A stretch of 64,000 nt of DNA, from assembly GCF_024521635.1 (NCBI RefSeq), contig NW_026250418.1, forward strand, positions 496,001 to 560,000, in the 5' to 3' direction. Positions 36,299-50,277 of the stretch are shown here, one piece after another (positions within the stretch are counted from its first letter, which is position 1; every line of letters starts with the position of its first letter). Under the pieces are notes generated by a model, which searched no databases, was not told the DNA's origin, and was given only the letters and a program-made list of their open reading frames with translations. Made by a program: the position numbers and the translations under genes. The stretch is from Tricharina praecox (taxonomy: Eukaryota).

Positions 36299-38653
36299 AT
36301 GGCATATCGGTATCTGCGGCTGGGCGGGAGATTGAGTTCCAGGGTCCGCGCTGCTGCCGGCGGTGGTAGTGGTGGTGGTGCTGCTGGATTTCGTGTAGCG
36401 AACAGGGAGTGGTTTGGTAAGTTCGGATTTATGTTTCCATCATGTCATATGCGTCGATGTTCTCTGTCCCAGTTCGGCGTCTGTCTGTCCGTCTGTCCGC
36501 CCGTCGGTCCATCTGTCTTCTGCGTGTGTCGTGTCTGTTCTGGAAACAATCGATGGAACGATAATGGAGCGGCGGCATTCCGGACCGTCTGAGCACTGTC
36601 GACCTACTCGACAGGCCACGATATGCTGCTCTGACCGAGTGCTCCAACGAAGCTCCCTCAGATGAAGCCATCCTCACAGTAACCACAATAGTCCGCCCAG
36701 CAGAACCCGTGCAGCTCCGGACGCGGATGGCCAGGGCCACGGGAACCAACTCCACATCCGAGGAAACTTTGCCGCTTTAGCCCGGCGATTCGCTACCTAG
36801 CATGGGACTCCTGTTGCTCCACTTGCTCTCAGTTCCGGACTTTCACGAGCACCTCTCGCATCCTCCGCCCTACATAATTCCCCCCACCTCTCCCGCCCTG
36901 CAGGACAGACAGACACACCTCATACCCACCTCCCCCACCCACCCCACCCCACACTCCTCTTCTACTCCTACATATAATATCCCCCCGCCATTTCATCCCC
37001 CCGAATCGCCCCTCTGACAAACCTATTTGAACTGACCACCTCATCCTTACGGTTCTTTGCACAGACACCTTCCTTCAGAAATCACAAATGTCAACCACCG
37101 CCCCACGCCGTGCTCTCAGCGGGACCAATATCAACGTCAACCTTCTCAAGGCCGAGTATGCTGTGCGCGGTGCCATTGCGGTGAGGTCGGAGGAGCATCG
37201 TGCGACACTATCCCACAGCGATGTCCCATCCAGCCACGGTCTCCCCTTCGACTCGGTTATCTCGGCAAACATTGGGAACCCCCAACAGCTCGACCAGCAG
37301 CCCATCACCTTCTTCCGTCAGGTGCTCAGCATCCTCGAGTATCCCGCGTTGTTGGAGACCGAGGGAATCTACCCCGAGGATGTCAAGGCGCGCGCTCGCA
37401 CGCTACTGAAAGAGGTCGGTAGTGTGGGAGCGTACTCACAGTCGCAAGGTGTTGCGGCAATTAGAAAGTCGGTTGCGGCGTTCATCGAGAGTATGACACA
37501 TTCCCATTCCCCCACTCCATCTATATACCCCGCCCTGCCCCCGCAGCCGCCCCCACTCTATTTGAAATCCCTGCTGACAATCCCCCCCACCTAACCAGGA
37601 AGAGATGGCCATCCCTCCAACTTCGCCGACATCTTCCTCACCGGCGGTGCGTCGAGCGGTGTGAATACCCTCCTCAACACCATCTGTCGCGGTCCCGAGA
37701 CCGGAATTCTCATTCCGATCCCGCAGTACCCCCTCTACACTGCGACCCTCGCTCTACTCAACGCGACTGCCGTTCCGTACTACCTCGACGAGCCCCACGA
37801 GTGGAGCACCAACGTCCCTCTGATCCGCTCACAGCTCGCAAAGGCCAAAAGTGATGGCATTGATGTTCGCTGCATCGCCGTGATCAACCCAGGCAATCCC
37901 ACCGGTGCCTCTCTCTCGGAGGGCGACATCGAGGCTGTTCTGGACTTGGCTGCTGAAGAGCACCTTGTTGTGATGGCGGATGAAGTATACCAGACTAATG
38001 TCTACCGTGGCGAGTTCCACTCGTTCAAGAAAGTCCTCCGCAACATGCAGGCGCGCAAGGGCGGCGAAAAGTACAGCCACGTCGAGCTCGTATCCCTCCA
38101 TTCCACGTCCAAGGGCATGGTCGGCGAGTGCGGACATCGCGGCGGCTACTTTGAGCTCGTCAACTTCGATCCAGAGGTGCAGGCGCAGATTTACAAGCTG
38201 GTCTCCATCACTCTGTGCCCTCCCGTGATTGGCCAGTGTCTGGTTGAGCTCATGGTCAACCCTCCCAAGGTCGGCGAGGAATCCCACCCGCGCTACCAGG
38301 CGGAGTACGACGGCATCTACAACGGCCTGAAGAAGCGCTCGCAGGCGCTTTACTCCGCCTTCAAGAGTATGACCGGTGTCAGCTGTCAGGACCCTCAGGG
38401 TGCCATGTACATCTTCCCCACCATCACGCTCTCAAAGCGTGCACAAGAGAAGGCCGCAAGCGAGGGCAAGAAGCCGGACGAGTACTACTGCCTCCGTATG
38501 CTCGACGCAACCGGCATCTGTGTCGTCCCCGGCAGCGGCTTCGGCCAGACCGAGGGTACCTGGCACTTCCGCACTACGTTCCTTCCGCCCGGCACCGACT
38601 GGGTCGACCGCATGAGGGAGTTTCACGAGGCCTTCATGGAGGAGTTCAAGTAG
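36299..38653 (+). CDS. ALT1: Alanine aminotransferase (PLP-dependent); long form with upstream presequence exon, short form from ATG 37088
   Basis: Exons 36299-36416 (putative), 37065-37490 and 37599-38653. Motifs AEYAVRG, ANIGNPQQL, IPIPQYPLY, INPGNPTG, ADEVYQTN, SLHSTSKGMVGECGHRGGY and VPGSGFGQ. Confidence 0.93.
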
Positions 38654-39908
38654 AGTAGACGTGAAATAATGAGGGGAGAAAGGGATGGGCGTTTGGGTCG
38701 TTTAGATCTACTTGGCTTTGTCTTGTCTTTGTTGTACGGGTGTTTCCTGGTGTTCGTTTTTTTCCTTCCTTCCGTTTTGTTTTGTGCTTCTCTCTTGTTC
38801 CGGTTGCTTTTGTGGCTTTTGCTTTTGCTTTTGCTTTTGCTTTTGCTTTTGAGTGGACCTATGGCTTTGGCCTTTCACGGGTATCTATATAGGTTGGAGT
38901 TGGCGAGGTTGGGTGAGGTAACTATGGCAGGCATAGATACCACTATCTGCGGTGCAGGCTTTGGAAGAAATGTTGCGGTTTTATTGCTTCGTTGCGTGGT
39001 GATTTGTCTGCGGAATCCCGTGCGGAGTAGATGGTGTTGGGTCTGGATATCACTTGGGCCCTGAAAGCAAGCGGCCTCCCGTTTTGCCCTTGTAAGCCGC
39101 CGTCACAGCCATAATGCCCGAAAAGCGCCCTTTTCTAATGCTGTGTTGCAAGTGGGTGTTTTCCAGGCGTCGGGCGGACCGCCGTCATCATCACCATCGT
39201 CATCACCATCATTCATTCATTCACACATTAACCCATATTTCAAGTGACTAACGGAAGGCCGATGTGCAGGGTCCGAGTCCTCTGTGAGGGTGTCAGATAA
39301 GGAGATCCCGTGGAAGGGAAAGGAAGGGAAGGGGAGGAAATGGTTCGCAGGCAGGTCACTAAGCACAGAGAACCACGTAGAAGGAAGAATGCGAACTGCC
39401 GTTGTATACCAACAGATCCTTGGGCGAGTGATTTCATGTGGTACGGATCGATCAGGAGCATTGTGCTGTCCCGGCTACCTCATACATAATGTGGCTATCC
39501 GGATATCCTATGTACGCTGGGATCACTCTTCGGGGTATGATACCCATGGATGGTGATGGCGCTGCTGATTCGGCCATGTATTTATAAAATTGCATTGGAG
39601 TAGGTATCATAACTGACCATACATTGCGCTCTTCGGAGTTGCGTGATCTGACCCACCCCTCATTCAGACCTGAATCATTTGATCTCGGTTTTCAGTGCTC
39701 CCGCAATTTATATTGATTACTCCTGACCCTGTGAATTTATGAATTACTGACGCTGCGCCGCTGCATCCGTGGGGCGCAGAAAAAAATGGCACTAAGGGTG
39801 GGGTTCGGGATGCCCCGCCATCTACGCTTCCCTCTTACTCCACGACCTCGACCGCAACCGCTACATCGCCGCTACATCACTCTCCCTCCCTACTACCGGC
39901 GGCCTAGA

Positions 39909-40881
39909 ATGTCTCTCCCAACCACCTACTCGGGTACGGATCCACATCACCCTACTCCCCCATCCTGCACTCCTCTAACCGTGCGCAGGCGCCGTCCGCA
40001 TCGCCGTGATCGGCGGCACCGGCATCGAAGCGCTCACACACGAAGGCTTCACGCCAGTAGCCTCGCTGACAGTGGCGACGCCATGGGGCGCGCCCTCCAG
40101 CGCGATCCTAATCCTCGAGACGCCCTCTGGCGCGCCCATCGCCTTCCTCTCTCGCCACGGCGCGCACCACGAATACACACCGAGCGAGGTTCCGGGACGC
40201 GCCAACATCGCCGCGCTGCGGTCCCTCGGCGTGCGCAGCATCCTGGCGTTCTCCGCTGTCGGCTCACTGCAGGGGCACATCAAGCCGCGCGACTTCGTGC
40301 TCCCCGACCAGATCATCGACCGCACCAAGGGGATCCGCGCGAGCACGTTCTTCGAGGGCGGGATTGTGGGGCACGTTGGGTTCGCGGACCCGTTCGACGC
40401 GGGGCTGTCGCACGTCATCGCCGCGGTCGCTACCCGCGTCGGCGGTGCTCATCTCCACGTCGGCGGAACAGTCATCTGCATGGAGGGTCCTGCGTTCTCG
40501 ACCCGTGCCGAGAGCGCGATGTACCGCTCCTGGGGCGGCAGCGTCATCAATATGAGTGCGCTCCCGGAGGCGAAGCTCGCCCGCGAGGCGGAGATCGCCT
40601 ACGCCATGGTCTGCATGAGCACCGATTACGACTGCTGGAAGACCGATGAGCCCCCCGTCACCGTCGCCACTGTCACTGCGAATATGCGCGCCAACGGCGA
40701 GAATGCGAAGCACCTCATGGCGGCCGTGCTCCAGGAGCTCGCCAGGGAGGAGCATGCGGACCTCGTCCATGCGAAGCATCTGGAGGGGGGCAGCAGGTGG
40801 GCAAATTGCACCGCCCGCCCAGGTGTCGGAAGGGAGGCGATGGAGAAGATCGATTGGTTGCTGCCTGGTTACTTCTCGTAG
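39909..40881 (+). CDS. MEU1: S-methyl-5'-thioadenosine phosphorylase (MTAP)
   Basis: Exon 39909-39933, intron 39934-39988 (GTACGG...CTAAC...CAG), exon 39989-40881. Motifs IAVIGGTG, FLSRHG, RANIAAL, AVGSL, PDQIIDRT, MEGPAFSTRAES, INMSALPEAKLAREAE and TDYDCW. Confidence 0.95.
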
Positions 40882-42315
40882 AGGGGAGTGAAGTGGAATG
40901 TGGGGACGCCTGTTTGTCTACATATGTACTCAAATAGCGACCAGGGAGATATCCATTTGCGTTGGGGTGGTTTCGTGGCTTTGTTGCGTTCGATAGGAGG
41001 TTGGCAATTGAACCGTCTACCTACCCACTCTAAATGGGGACGCGGGCATGCCGGCGGCCGGGGATGATGAACGTCTCCCCGTTCGCCACTAGGACCAATG
41101 TACGATGTGATTCTGGTGATGGAGAGTACTTACCCAGCAGCACCTATGACGCACATGAGTGCATATAACCAGTAGAGTAGAGTATGTATGTGGGGTAGCC
41201 ACACACTCGTCCCTGGGGCCGGGGCCGTTTGGGAAAAAAACGGCTCTATGCACAGTACATACATCCCCCTGCCGAATCCCCACCACCAACGTAAAATGTA
41301 GTTACCGGACTTCCATCCTTTCCCCGGTGAAGCCCCACGATCTGTCATCTCGCTAACAACCGACCCGGAGCCTCGCTCGTAGATCGGAGCCGGAGGCCAT
41401 TGCCGTCCGAGCCCGTGGATACTCTACTGAGATGCACACCTGCCATCTGGGATCACTCGTCTGGGTAAGTAGGCAGATAATTACCGCTACGCTATCCGTT
41501 GCATACGGTATAACTATACCCCATATTACTCTCTAGTAGCGGTTGAAGCCAGCGGGCGCCGGGGAGGAACCGGTCATACATACTAGCAGTGATGCTACAT
41601 ACGATGACTAAACAAAAAACAAGGACATCACTCCAACTAGTACCCCGCAATTGCTTTGGAAGCTGGAATCGGATGCACTCACTCACTACTCTATATTATA
41701 CTATTGTATACGAAGAGATATATACATGCATGCGTGCAGCGTGCGTGCAATATGGATAAACAACCCGTTGCGCGCACGCACGCCATGTTGTGTCAATTCG
41801 GACCTTGTTCGAGGCCATCCACAGCATAGTGAACTACAGCTCGCGTGCGACTATGTATGTATGGTGTGTGTGTGTATGTGCAGTTGAAGAAGTTCGGGAG
41901 TTGATCGATATCTTCCGGGTGGTCGGCGTGATTCAGGTACGTGCTGTGCATACTGTACTTAAGTCGCACCTGGTATGATATGTGTGTAGGCAGGTTGGAC
42001 CGGAATTGACGAGCTGAAGGTCAACGATCGCTTGCTCGCTCTAGGTAACTACTCTACGGTAGTTAAGCTACCTGCTATGCACTACTATAGGTGGTATGAT
42101 ATATCCATGCATCCTTCCAGCCGGCACCAATGTACCAACCAGTACCAACACCAACGGATGATTGACGACATACCGACATGCCTACGGGAAGCCCGAACGG
42201 GAGCGGGGGAAAGGAATGGAGGGGGTGGGATCGAGTGGGTTTATATTGCGCCGTGCCTTCCCCACTACCTCTGGGGAATTGGCCAAGTACTCGAAACAAG
42301 GACCGTCCACCAGCA

Positions 42316-43465
42316 ATGCATATCCTCTCACTCGCCCTCTCGCTCCTCGCCGCTGCTTCCACAGTCGCCGCCGCTCCGCAGAAGGGCTGGAACGGCAACT
42401 TCAAGACGCACATTGCATTCGGCGACAGGTCCGTTCCGCTCCTCGCTCCCCCCTTCCGTGCCTGCCACGGGTACCGGTAACTGACCGTGCCCAGCTACAC
42501 GGACGAATCGCGGCTCTCCTACCTAATCGCTCACAACGGCACGAACCCGCCGGTAGGCTGGATAGCACCGGACTCGAACTCGTCCGCGTCCGGCGGGCAC
42601 AGCTGGGCGCGGTACGCGACGTACTACACAGGGGCAACGCTGTACAACTACGCAGTCTCCGGCGCCGTCTGCAGCAACGAGCTGACGCCGCGGTTCCTCA
42701 GCTCGATCAACCGCGACTTCCCCGATGTCGAGGGGTACGAGGTGCCCGCGTTCGCGGCGGATCTGAGGTCCGGCGCCCTGGATGTGGACTGGAAGACGAC
42801 GGTTGTCAGCCTGTGGATTGGAACTAATGATCTGGGCGGAGGCCTGTTCATGGATCATGCGCAGAAGAGGGGCGCTACCGAGGTGGACTATACGAAATGT
42901 GTCTGGAAACAGCTAAGGAGTCTGCATAAACTTGGTGCGAGGAACTTCGTGTTGCTGAATATTGCGCCGCTGGGTATGATCCCCCCCCTCCCGACGACAA
43001 TGCTATGTGTTCGTGCTAACACACCCAGACCTCTCCCCCCTCTACTCGACCGAGCCAGGCCCGAGCCGTTTCTGGTTGAACAAAGGGACGAACATGACCG
43101 CGATATCGAGCACGATGGCCTCCACCGTCGCCAGCGTGAACGAGATCTTCAGTCTCCGCGCCGCGGCCTACACCAAGTCGCAACTTCCCAACTCCAAGCT
43201 TGCAATCCTCGACACCAACTCACTGCTGGCGGATATCTACCACCGGCCGGAGCTGTACCTCAACGGCACCGCGCCGCTCAACGTCACGGGATACAACTAC
43301 GGCTGCACCGCGGATTACTCACGCTGCAGGACCTATAGGGGTGACGATAGAGACGCGTTCATGTGGTACGATGAATTACATCCTAGTGAGCAGGTTGGGA
43401 GGGTCCTTGCCAAGGTATGGACCGAGGTGGTGAGGGGCGGGAAGAAGTGGGTGACGTTCTTTTAG
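42316..43465 (+). CDS. Secreted GDSL/SGNH esterase (CE16-like acetylesterase)
   Basis: Signal peptide MHILSLALSLLAAASTVAA. Exons 42316-42428, 42495-42973 and 43029-43465. Motifs AFGDSYTD, NYAVSGAVC, WIGTND and WYDELHPS. Confidence 0.9.
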
Positions 43466-43844
43466 GGAAACGGGGGAAGGAAGAGGGGGATAGTAATCGT
43501 TAATAAATGTGATTCAATGTCTCGTGCAGTCTCAATGGGTCGAGTGAGAGGAATGATTGCGTGTTAGTGTAACGCTGGCCAGCCCGACCAGCCGGAATGC
43601 GCGCAATCGGTCACGGATCATGGCTCGCAGCAACAGACCGCCCGCGGCATGCATGCATGCGGGTGTGATGGAGCTGGAGGAACCGCATCAGCGTTACTGT
43701 TACACGACGTTGCCATGTTGTTCCTCCTCCTACTCCTCCGGTTCACCCAGCTCACCGCCTTGTTCCACCGACTCGCTGCCGTCGGGCGTGGAGTCGGCTG
43801 TGGAATCGGGCGTGGAATCAGACGTGGAATTGACTCCGAGTCAC

Positions 43845-44390
43845 CATATGCTGTGTTATGTTCTGTGCTATGTTCTATGCTATGTTCTGTGCTCTATATG
43901 CTGTGCTATGTTCTATGTTCCATCTTCCATATGCTGTTCTGTGTTCCATATGCTGTTCTAGGTTCTATATGCTGTGCTATGTTCTATGTTCTATGTGCTC
44001 TGCCGTATTGTACAGTGCAGTGCAACTATACCACCACCACCGCCCGCCGCCCGCCGAATCCCGACGATTAGTATACATTCATGCATAAGCAGAATGTTTC
44101 ACCGTTACCGTAACACCGCCGCCGACATTCCGAGCCCGACATTCCGAGTCGGACCGGCACGACTTGCCACGGGTTGCCACGAGTTCCACGGGTTGCCACG
44201 AGTTTCACGAGTTTCCACGGGTTGCCACGAGAGAGCGCTCATTCATCCACGTGTGACGTGCTCGCCAGGCTCCAGCCGCACGATGCACACGATGCCCACG
44301 ACGCACACGGTGCTCACGCGGCACACGATGCACACGATGCACACGATGCACACGATGCACACGACGACCACGCGGCACACGCGGCATGGA
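43845..44390. repeat. Cluster of degenerate minisatellites (ATATGCTGTGCTATGTTCT; CCACGGGTTGCCACGAGTT; GCACACGAT)
   Basis: Tandem units visible at about 43845-44000, 44167-44230 and 44280-44385. Confidence 0.8.
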
Positions 44391-46499
44391 AGGTTCTTGA
44401 GCCTTTATGTATGATAGGCTTTGAGGCTTTGAGACTGTAGTTTGGGTTTACATAGGTACTTAGATACGGCGGGAGACTGGTTGGTTGGCTGGTTGGTTGG
44501 ATGGTTGGCTGGCTGGGCAATACCCACTCTACATACTCTAAATGGGATCGACTTGCCAAGATGTACTCAATATACTCTATATTTTCTACATAGATGATAG
44601 GTAGATGGCATTTCCCGGAATGTTTCTCGTGCAGTACTGTGCAGTGCAGTGTAGGTAACCGAGTACTTTGTTGTGTACTTTCTATGTATGGTACTTTCTA
44701 CCTGTGGGGTTGAGACATAGCCTATGTACCCATCACCCCGTCCATCGCCCCCGTCCGTCATGGGAAAGCCAAGAGTAAGCCTTAACTAAGGTCGAGGTAT
44801 CCGACATCTGAGCAGTGAGCAGTGGGCAGCGAGGAGACGATCGACCGTCACCTTCCGGTATCCGGCGACTGTGGAGCGTGCGGCGTGGTGGAGGTTGGGG
44901 CATTTCACTCTTTCACTCCTTCACTCCTTCCGGTTGAATACCAAAACATCAATCGATAATAGTGGACCGTGGAGTAGCTATCAGGGCGACGCTCTCGTCA
45001 GCATATGTAGGAGTCCCGCCAAGTCATCGACATAGCTTCTTGCCGGTGCCGAATTGATAGATCGATGGATCATGACAGCATTCACTGTTCACTGTTCACT
45101 GTTCAATGTTCACTGTTCAATACTCATCGACGAGAGGGGTGCGGAATACTCCCCCAACTACCAGGTACCTACCATATGTACCAGGTATCTAGTACTAGCA
45201 GTACTAGTATTACCTACCTAGACACGGTAGACACGGTACTTTACGCGGATCAAGCTTCCACCTACCCAGCATCCACATGGCACTCACCGGGTCTGCGCCT
45301 TACGACTCGCGACTCGCGAGGTGTCGGGACTCGGGACTCGGCTTGTGGTGGTTGGCTCTGTTCAACGTTCATAGGGTATCGAGTAACTAGAGTACTAGCA
45401 GGTACCGGTACTCTACCTATCGAATGGACGGGCTCGAGGAACCACGAGAGGAACCACGGGAAGGAGAGGGAGGGCAGGGTTGCTCGTCAAAAACCGGCCA
45501 GACCTCGGAACAAAACGCCCTGACGGACTGGGCTGGTCAGTGGTCAGTGGTCAGTGGTCAGTGGTCACGACAGGATTAGCTCATGCAGAGTACGCCCACT
45601 CTCGCCCACCTCGCCCGCCGTGTGCATAACCAAGCAACCCCATAAGAAAGCACGAGTCCACCTCGTGGAAGAGGAGAAACTCGTGGCAAACCGCCCTACT
45701 CTAGAGTGTACATTCTCTAGCCCGAACCGACCCGCCATGCGAATTAGGAAATCGCTTCCTTCCTCTCAAAGTTCCAAAGAGCCCCAACCACGGACGCCGG
45801 ACGGGGGTTTTATTGTTATTTTGACGCATGTAGACGATGACAACAATGGCAACAACAACGGCAATGACAGCAATGACAACAATAATAACAACAATAACAA
45901 GCACTGTAGTTACGGCCCACGGGCCCAACCGTCCCCTTTGCAGAAAGAAAAGAGGACACGGACAGGAGCCGGTGCGGATTTTCTTTCGGGGAAATACATG
46001 GAGTGGAGTACTTACTCTAGGTCCTTACCTAGAGTGCCGGTAGGTGAGGAGTCAGTGCTTAATCGTGGGGACGCGAGGTCCGGTACTTAGGCACTTCGGC
46101 ATGTAGATGGTATACCTAGGTAGTACCATCATCCCTATGGGCACGTACCGTACATACCAAGTCATAGTCTAGGTATGTACAAGGCGTTCAAATCCACGTG
46201 TAAGAATTGCAACTCCATGATGGCAACTCCTGGACTCTACGGCATTATTCAGGGCATTATGTTTTCGGCCGTGTGGTTGATCTTGGGTACCTTTGCTCCG
46301 CAGTGATTTCAATTCTCAGGAGCAGCTACTAGAGCGCTAACTAGCAGCCCTGCAAGTTGTAAGTTGCAACTGTCGTCGTCGCTCCTTTTTTTCTTTCTTT
46401 TCTTTGCTTTGCCTGCTGCCTGCTGCCCCCCACCTCACAGTTGACCACACCACATGAGTCTGGTCTGCGCCGGTTGCTCGAGTTTGTTATTGTTGTTTT

Positions 46500-46607
46500 T
46501 GTCGTTGTTGTTGTTACTCTATTGTTGTTGTTACTCTATTGTTGTTGTTACTCTATTGTTGTTGTTACTCTATTATTGTTACTCTATTGTTGTTACTCTA
46601 TTGTTGT
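46500..46607. repeat. Tandem repeat TTACTCTATTGTTG(TTG), about 6 units
   Basis: Directly visible tandem array. Confidence 0.85.
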
Positions 46608-48031
46608 GTGTGGTCGGCCAGAACAAGGCCACGGTCTCAGACTCTCAGTTGCCGAGGAGATGACGAGGCATCGTCCTCATGCAGCGGGCAAAGTCAGCCG
46701 TGGGCGAGCACGCAGACAGGCCAATAGAAATGGAAGCCGAGTGCGGTGAACATAGGGAGGAGTTAGATTCGGTTCGGTTTTGATTTGAGTCGAGTGCACG
46801 CAGTCGGCGTTGTGCGAGAGAGAAGTCGTTGCCCTCGAACGGTGCAGGCCACAATCGAGTCTATATACCCAAGTGGTATACTCCACACTCCACTCTATGC
46901 CCACGTCCCTTTTCCCGCATGGCAACATGGCAACAAGGCCACGCGCCAAAAAAGAAAAAAAGAACAAAAAAGAACAGAAAAAGAAAGAAAGAAAAGCCGA
47001 CTTCCATGACCACCACAGTCAAAATCGAGGAAATTAATTGTCTTCAACTCCTTTGGGATGCTGCTACATACCAGACCCGACTCCCGACAAGGATCCGGAG
47101 TCAGTCGTTTCATCCTCGACAACCGCAACTCCTCTCCCAGATCGAGAGTTGTCTGAGTGAGCAAGCAGAGAACGGAAGAGAAGGAGAAAAAAAAGTGAGA
47201 AATTGAGAAAGTCTAGAGAGCGCGCGAAAAAAAGCCCAGACTCTCCTACACTCCACTCCACTCTGCACTACCTACTAGTAGTACTCTACTGCTGCTGCTG
47301 CTGCTGCTGATGCTGATGCTGCTGATGCTGCTACCACTTTGCATGCACTCCTCCCTCACCTTACCTCGCCCCAGCTTAACTCAAATCTAACGACGAAGGA
47401 CGCGAACTCGAGCCACCTAGGTGCCCGCCCGCCCCCCTCGACGTCCCTACATACATACACCACCGCATACATAGAGAAGATCCGCACGTACTATAGAGAA
47501 GCTATCGCTCGCTCGTACCCGGCGCCCAGTCCATTCGTCGACACACTCACACACTCACACACTCACACACTCACACACACACATCCACTCGCCTCCAACT
47601 CGGTACTCAACAACCCTCCCCCCTTCGGCCCTTCCCGCTTGCACGTACGCACGTTCGCTCGCTCCCTCGCCTTCGAGCATCCACGTTTCTCGTCTCCATC
47701 TCCGTCTCGTCTCTCACGCATCGCCGATTCCCTCCCCCTCCCACCCTCCCCCTCATCGCCCATATCGTATCGTACCGTACCGTATCGTATCCCACGCACT
47801 CTACTATATCGGAGTCGGCTATTCCAACCCCCATTCCATTCCATTCCACGCCGCGCCGCGCCGCGCCGCGATCAGTTGCAGTAAAATAATCCCCACGTCT
47901 CATCTCTCCCACCCCCCCCCCCCCCCCCCCCCCGGCAAACGCATCCAGTCCATCGCTCTGGCTTCTTCCGCCATTCCTCCTCCCCCGCCGCCACCCAATC
48001 TCACCCGCCCGCCCAAACTACTCTCGCCAGT

Positions 48032-50277
48032 ATGGGCAACACAAACGGGAAACCCGTAGTGTTTACCGATGAAGGTTCGTGGTCGAATCCTTACCCCCAA
48101 CCCCCACATATGCGTTGCTTGCCGCCGTCTGTCCGTCTGTCTGTGTTGTTCCAATTTCGAGAGAGAGAGAGCGAGAGAGAGAGGTAGAGAGAGCGAGAAT
48201 GAGAATGAGAGATAGAGAGTGTGTGGTAGAGAGGGTGTGATAGACAGAGAGAGATAGAGAGGACAGGTGGTTGCATTGTTGCGCACACATTCCCGGTATC
48301 GAGATCGTGAGCGGGCTGATACGATGGTATCACCCCCTCTGCTTGGGTGTGGAACCTGTCGTTGCTGACTCCGTGGCGTTGCGTTGTCGTGTCCAGTCAA
48401 TCTCAACCACTTCCGATTATTGCGGGTCGTCGGAAAGGGCGCCTTCGGAAAGGTCCGGATCGTGGAGCGGAAAGATACAGGGTTGACGTTTGCCCTGAAG
48501 TATATCAGGAAGGATGAGGGTGAGTCGTGTGTGCTTGCCACGTGCGGAGTTGTGAGTGTATGGGCGCTGAAGGAAGGTCGTTTCGCTAAAAGCTATCTTA
48601 CGCGCAGTGGTGAGATCGGAGAGCGTGCGGAATATCATTCGGGAACGTCGCATGTTGGAACAGCTATGCCATCCGTTTCTGTGCAATCTGCGATACAGTT
48701 TCCAGGACATTGAATACTTGTATGTTGTGCTGGTCCGGGTCCGCGCTCGGGGGCAGCTTCGGTTTGCTGATGTGCTGCTATCAGGTACTTGGTTGTCGAC
48801 TTGATGAACGGTGGAGATCTGCGGTTCCACATCTCGCGCAAGACCTTCACCGAGGAAGCTGTCAGGTTCTGGATGGCGGAGTTGGCGTGTGCGGTCCTCT
48901 ACATTCATGGCCGAGGAATTGTGCATCGAGACGTCAAGCCGGACAATATTCTCCTCGATAGCGACGGTCACGTCCATCTGGCCGATTTCGTATGGCCCGG
49001 TCCTCCTCGCTTATCGGATGGGGCATCGAAGCTGATTTGACGCAGAATGTAGCTTCGGAACTCCACGCCGACCGGCCATTGACCAGCAAGTCGGGCACCC
49101 TCGCCTATCTGGCCCCAGAAGTGTATTCTGGAGCTGGATATGGCACCGCTGTGGATTGGTGGTCCCTAGGAGTTGTTTTCTACGAGTGCATATACGGAAA
49201 GGTATTATGGCAATGCTGCTGGGTGGAATTTGGGGGTGGGGGGAGGGTGAGGTGGTACCATGCTGATTTTCGAACTTGCAGAGACCGTTCATCGCAGACA
49301 CCCACGAGTCACTAGGAAAAGAAATCATGAGGGCCAATCCAAGGTGGCCCGTCACCGATCCACCGGTGACGACGAAATGTATGGATGCAATACGCAAGCT
49401 TCTGGTCACCGACACCACGCAGAGAATAGGTGCCGCCGGCTGGAGCACATACACGGATCACCCCTTCTTCCGCGAACTCGATTTCGAGGCCCTCGAGAGG
49501 AAAGAGATTGAGCCCGTCTTCAAACCGTCAAGCGATAAGACCAACTTTGATGCCACATACGATCTCGAGGAGTTATTGTTAGAAGAGGCTCCGCTGGAAG
49601 CACGAGCACGGAGGCAGAAGCCCAGGGAGCGACTGAAGGAAGACGCGACTGCGCAGGAGATCCGGGAGGAGGAATTACATAAGATGATCGAGACGCTCTT
49701 TGAGCCCTTTGATTACACCACCGTTGCGTACGACAAGTTGGTCCCCTGGGGAGTCCATTGAAGAGATTGCTCACTGACATGCTACTCCAGATATGCCGGA
49801 ACAGTCGATCCCACGACGGCATCCGTGGGCCCGCCACCGGATTGGGTCCGCCCATCCATCAATCCTTGCCGATCCGAAAGCCAAGATTTCTCGGGTGCCG
49901 TGTCCATCAGTGCCACACAGAAATCTGGAAAATCCATCACTAGCTCCCCGTCCTCTGGATCTCCACCATTGGATCTCGGCGAGAGGATGCCACACCGAGC
50001 ACCCGCCGAACCGAGTCACAACCCCCACCACCACATTGTGAGGATTGGCACTGGCGGCAGCAGTCAGAGACACGAGTCGGCGGGTGGAGGAGTATCAGTG
50101 GTTCTGGATGAGGCTGGATCGTGGTCGTCCTTGGCGGACAAATCGACCACGGTACCAAACAAGTCGAAACCTTCGGGGATGCTTGGATTCATGAAGCGGA
50201 AGGGTCGAGCTTCGAGTCCAAAGCCACAGGAGCCGGGTGTGCTAGGCCGTGAGGGCGCTCGAGTCATCATCGCATGA
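48032..50277 (+). CDS. AGC-group Ser/Thr kinase, YANK/STK32-like
   Basis: Exons 48032-48074, 48397-48519, 48608-48719, 48785-48989, 49046-49201, 49282-49736 and 49791-50277. N-terminus MGNTNGK (myristoylation-like), [19 protein letters not shown] in place of DFG (typical of STK32/YANK), and [15 protein letters not shown]. Confidence 0.9.
48158..48261. repeat. (GA)n-rich tract within kinase intron 1
   Basis: GAGAGA runs between the donor at 48075 and the acceptor at 48396. Confidence 0.8.

Noticed and set aside
43845..46607. Tandem arrays as a possible CRISPR or repeat-peptide precursor gene
   Set aside because: Eukaryotic context, no unique spacers, no signal peptide or Kex2-delimited repeats; these are simple minisatellites.
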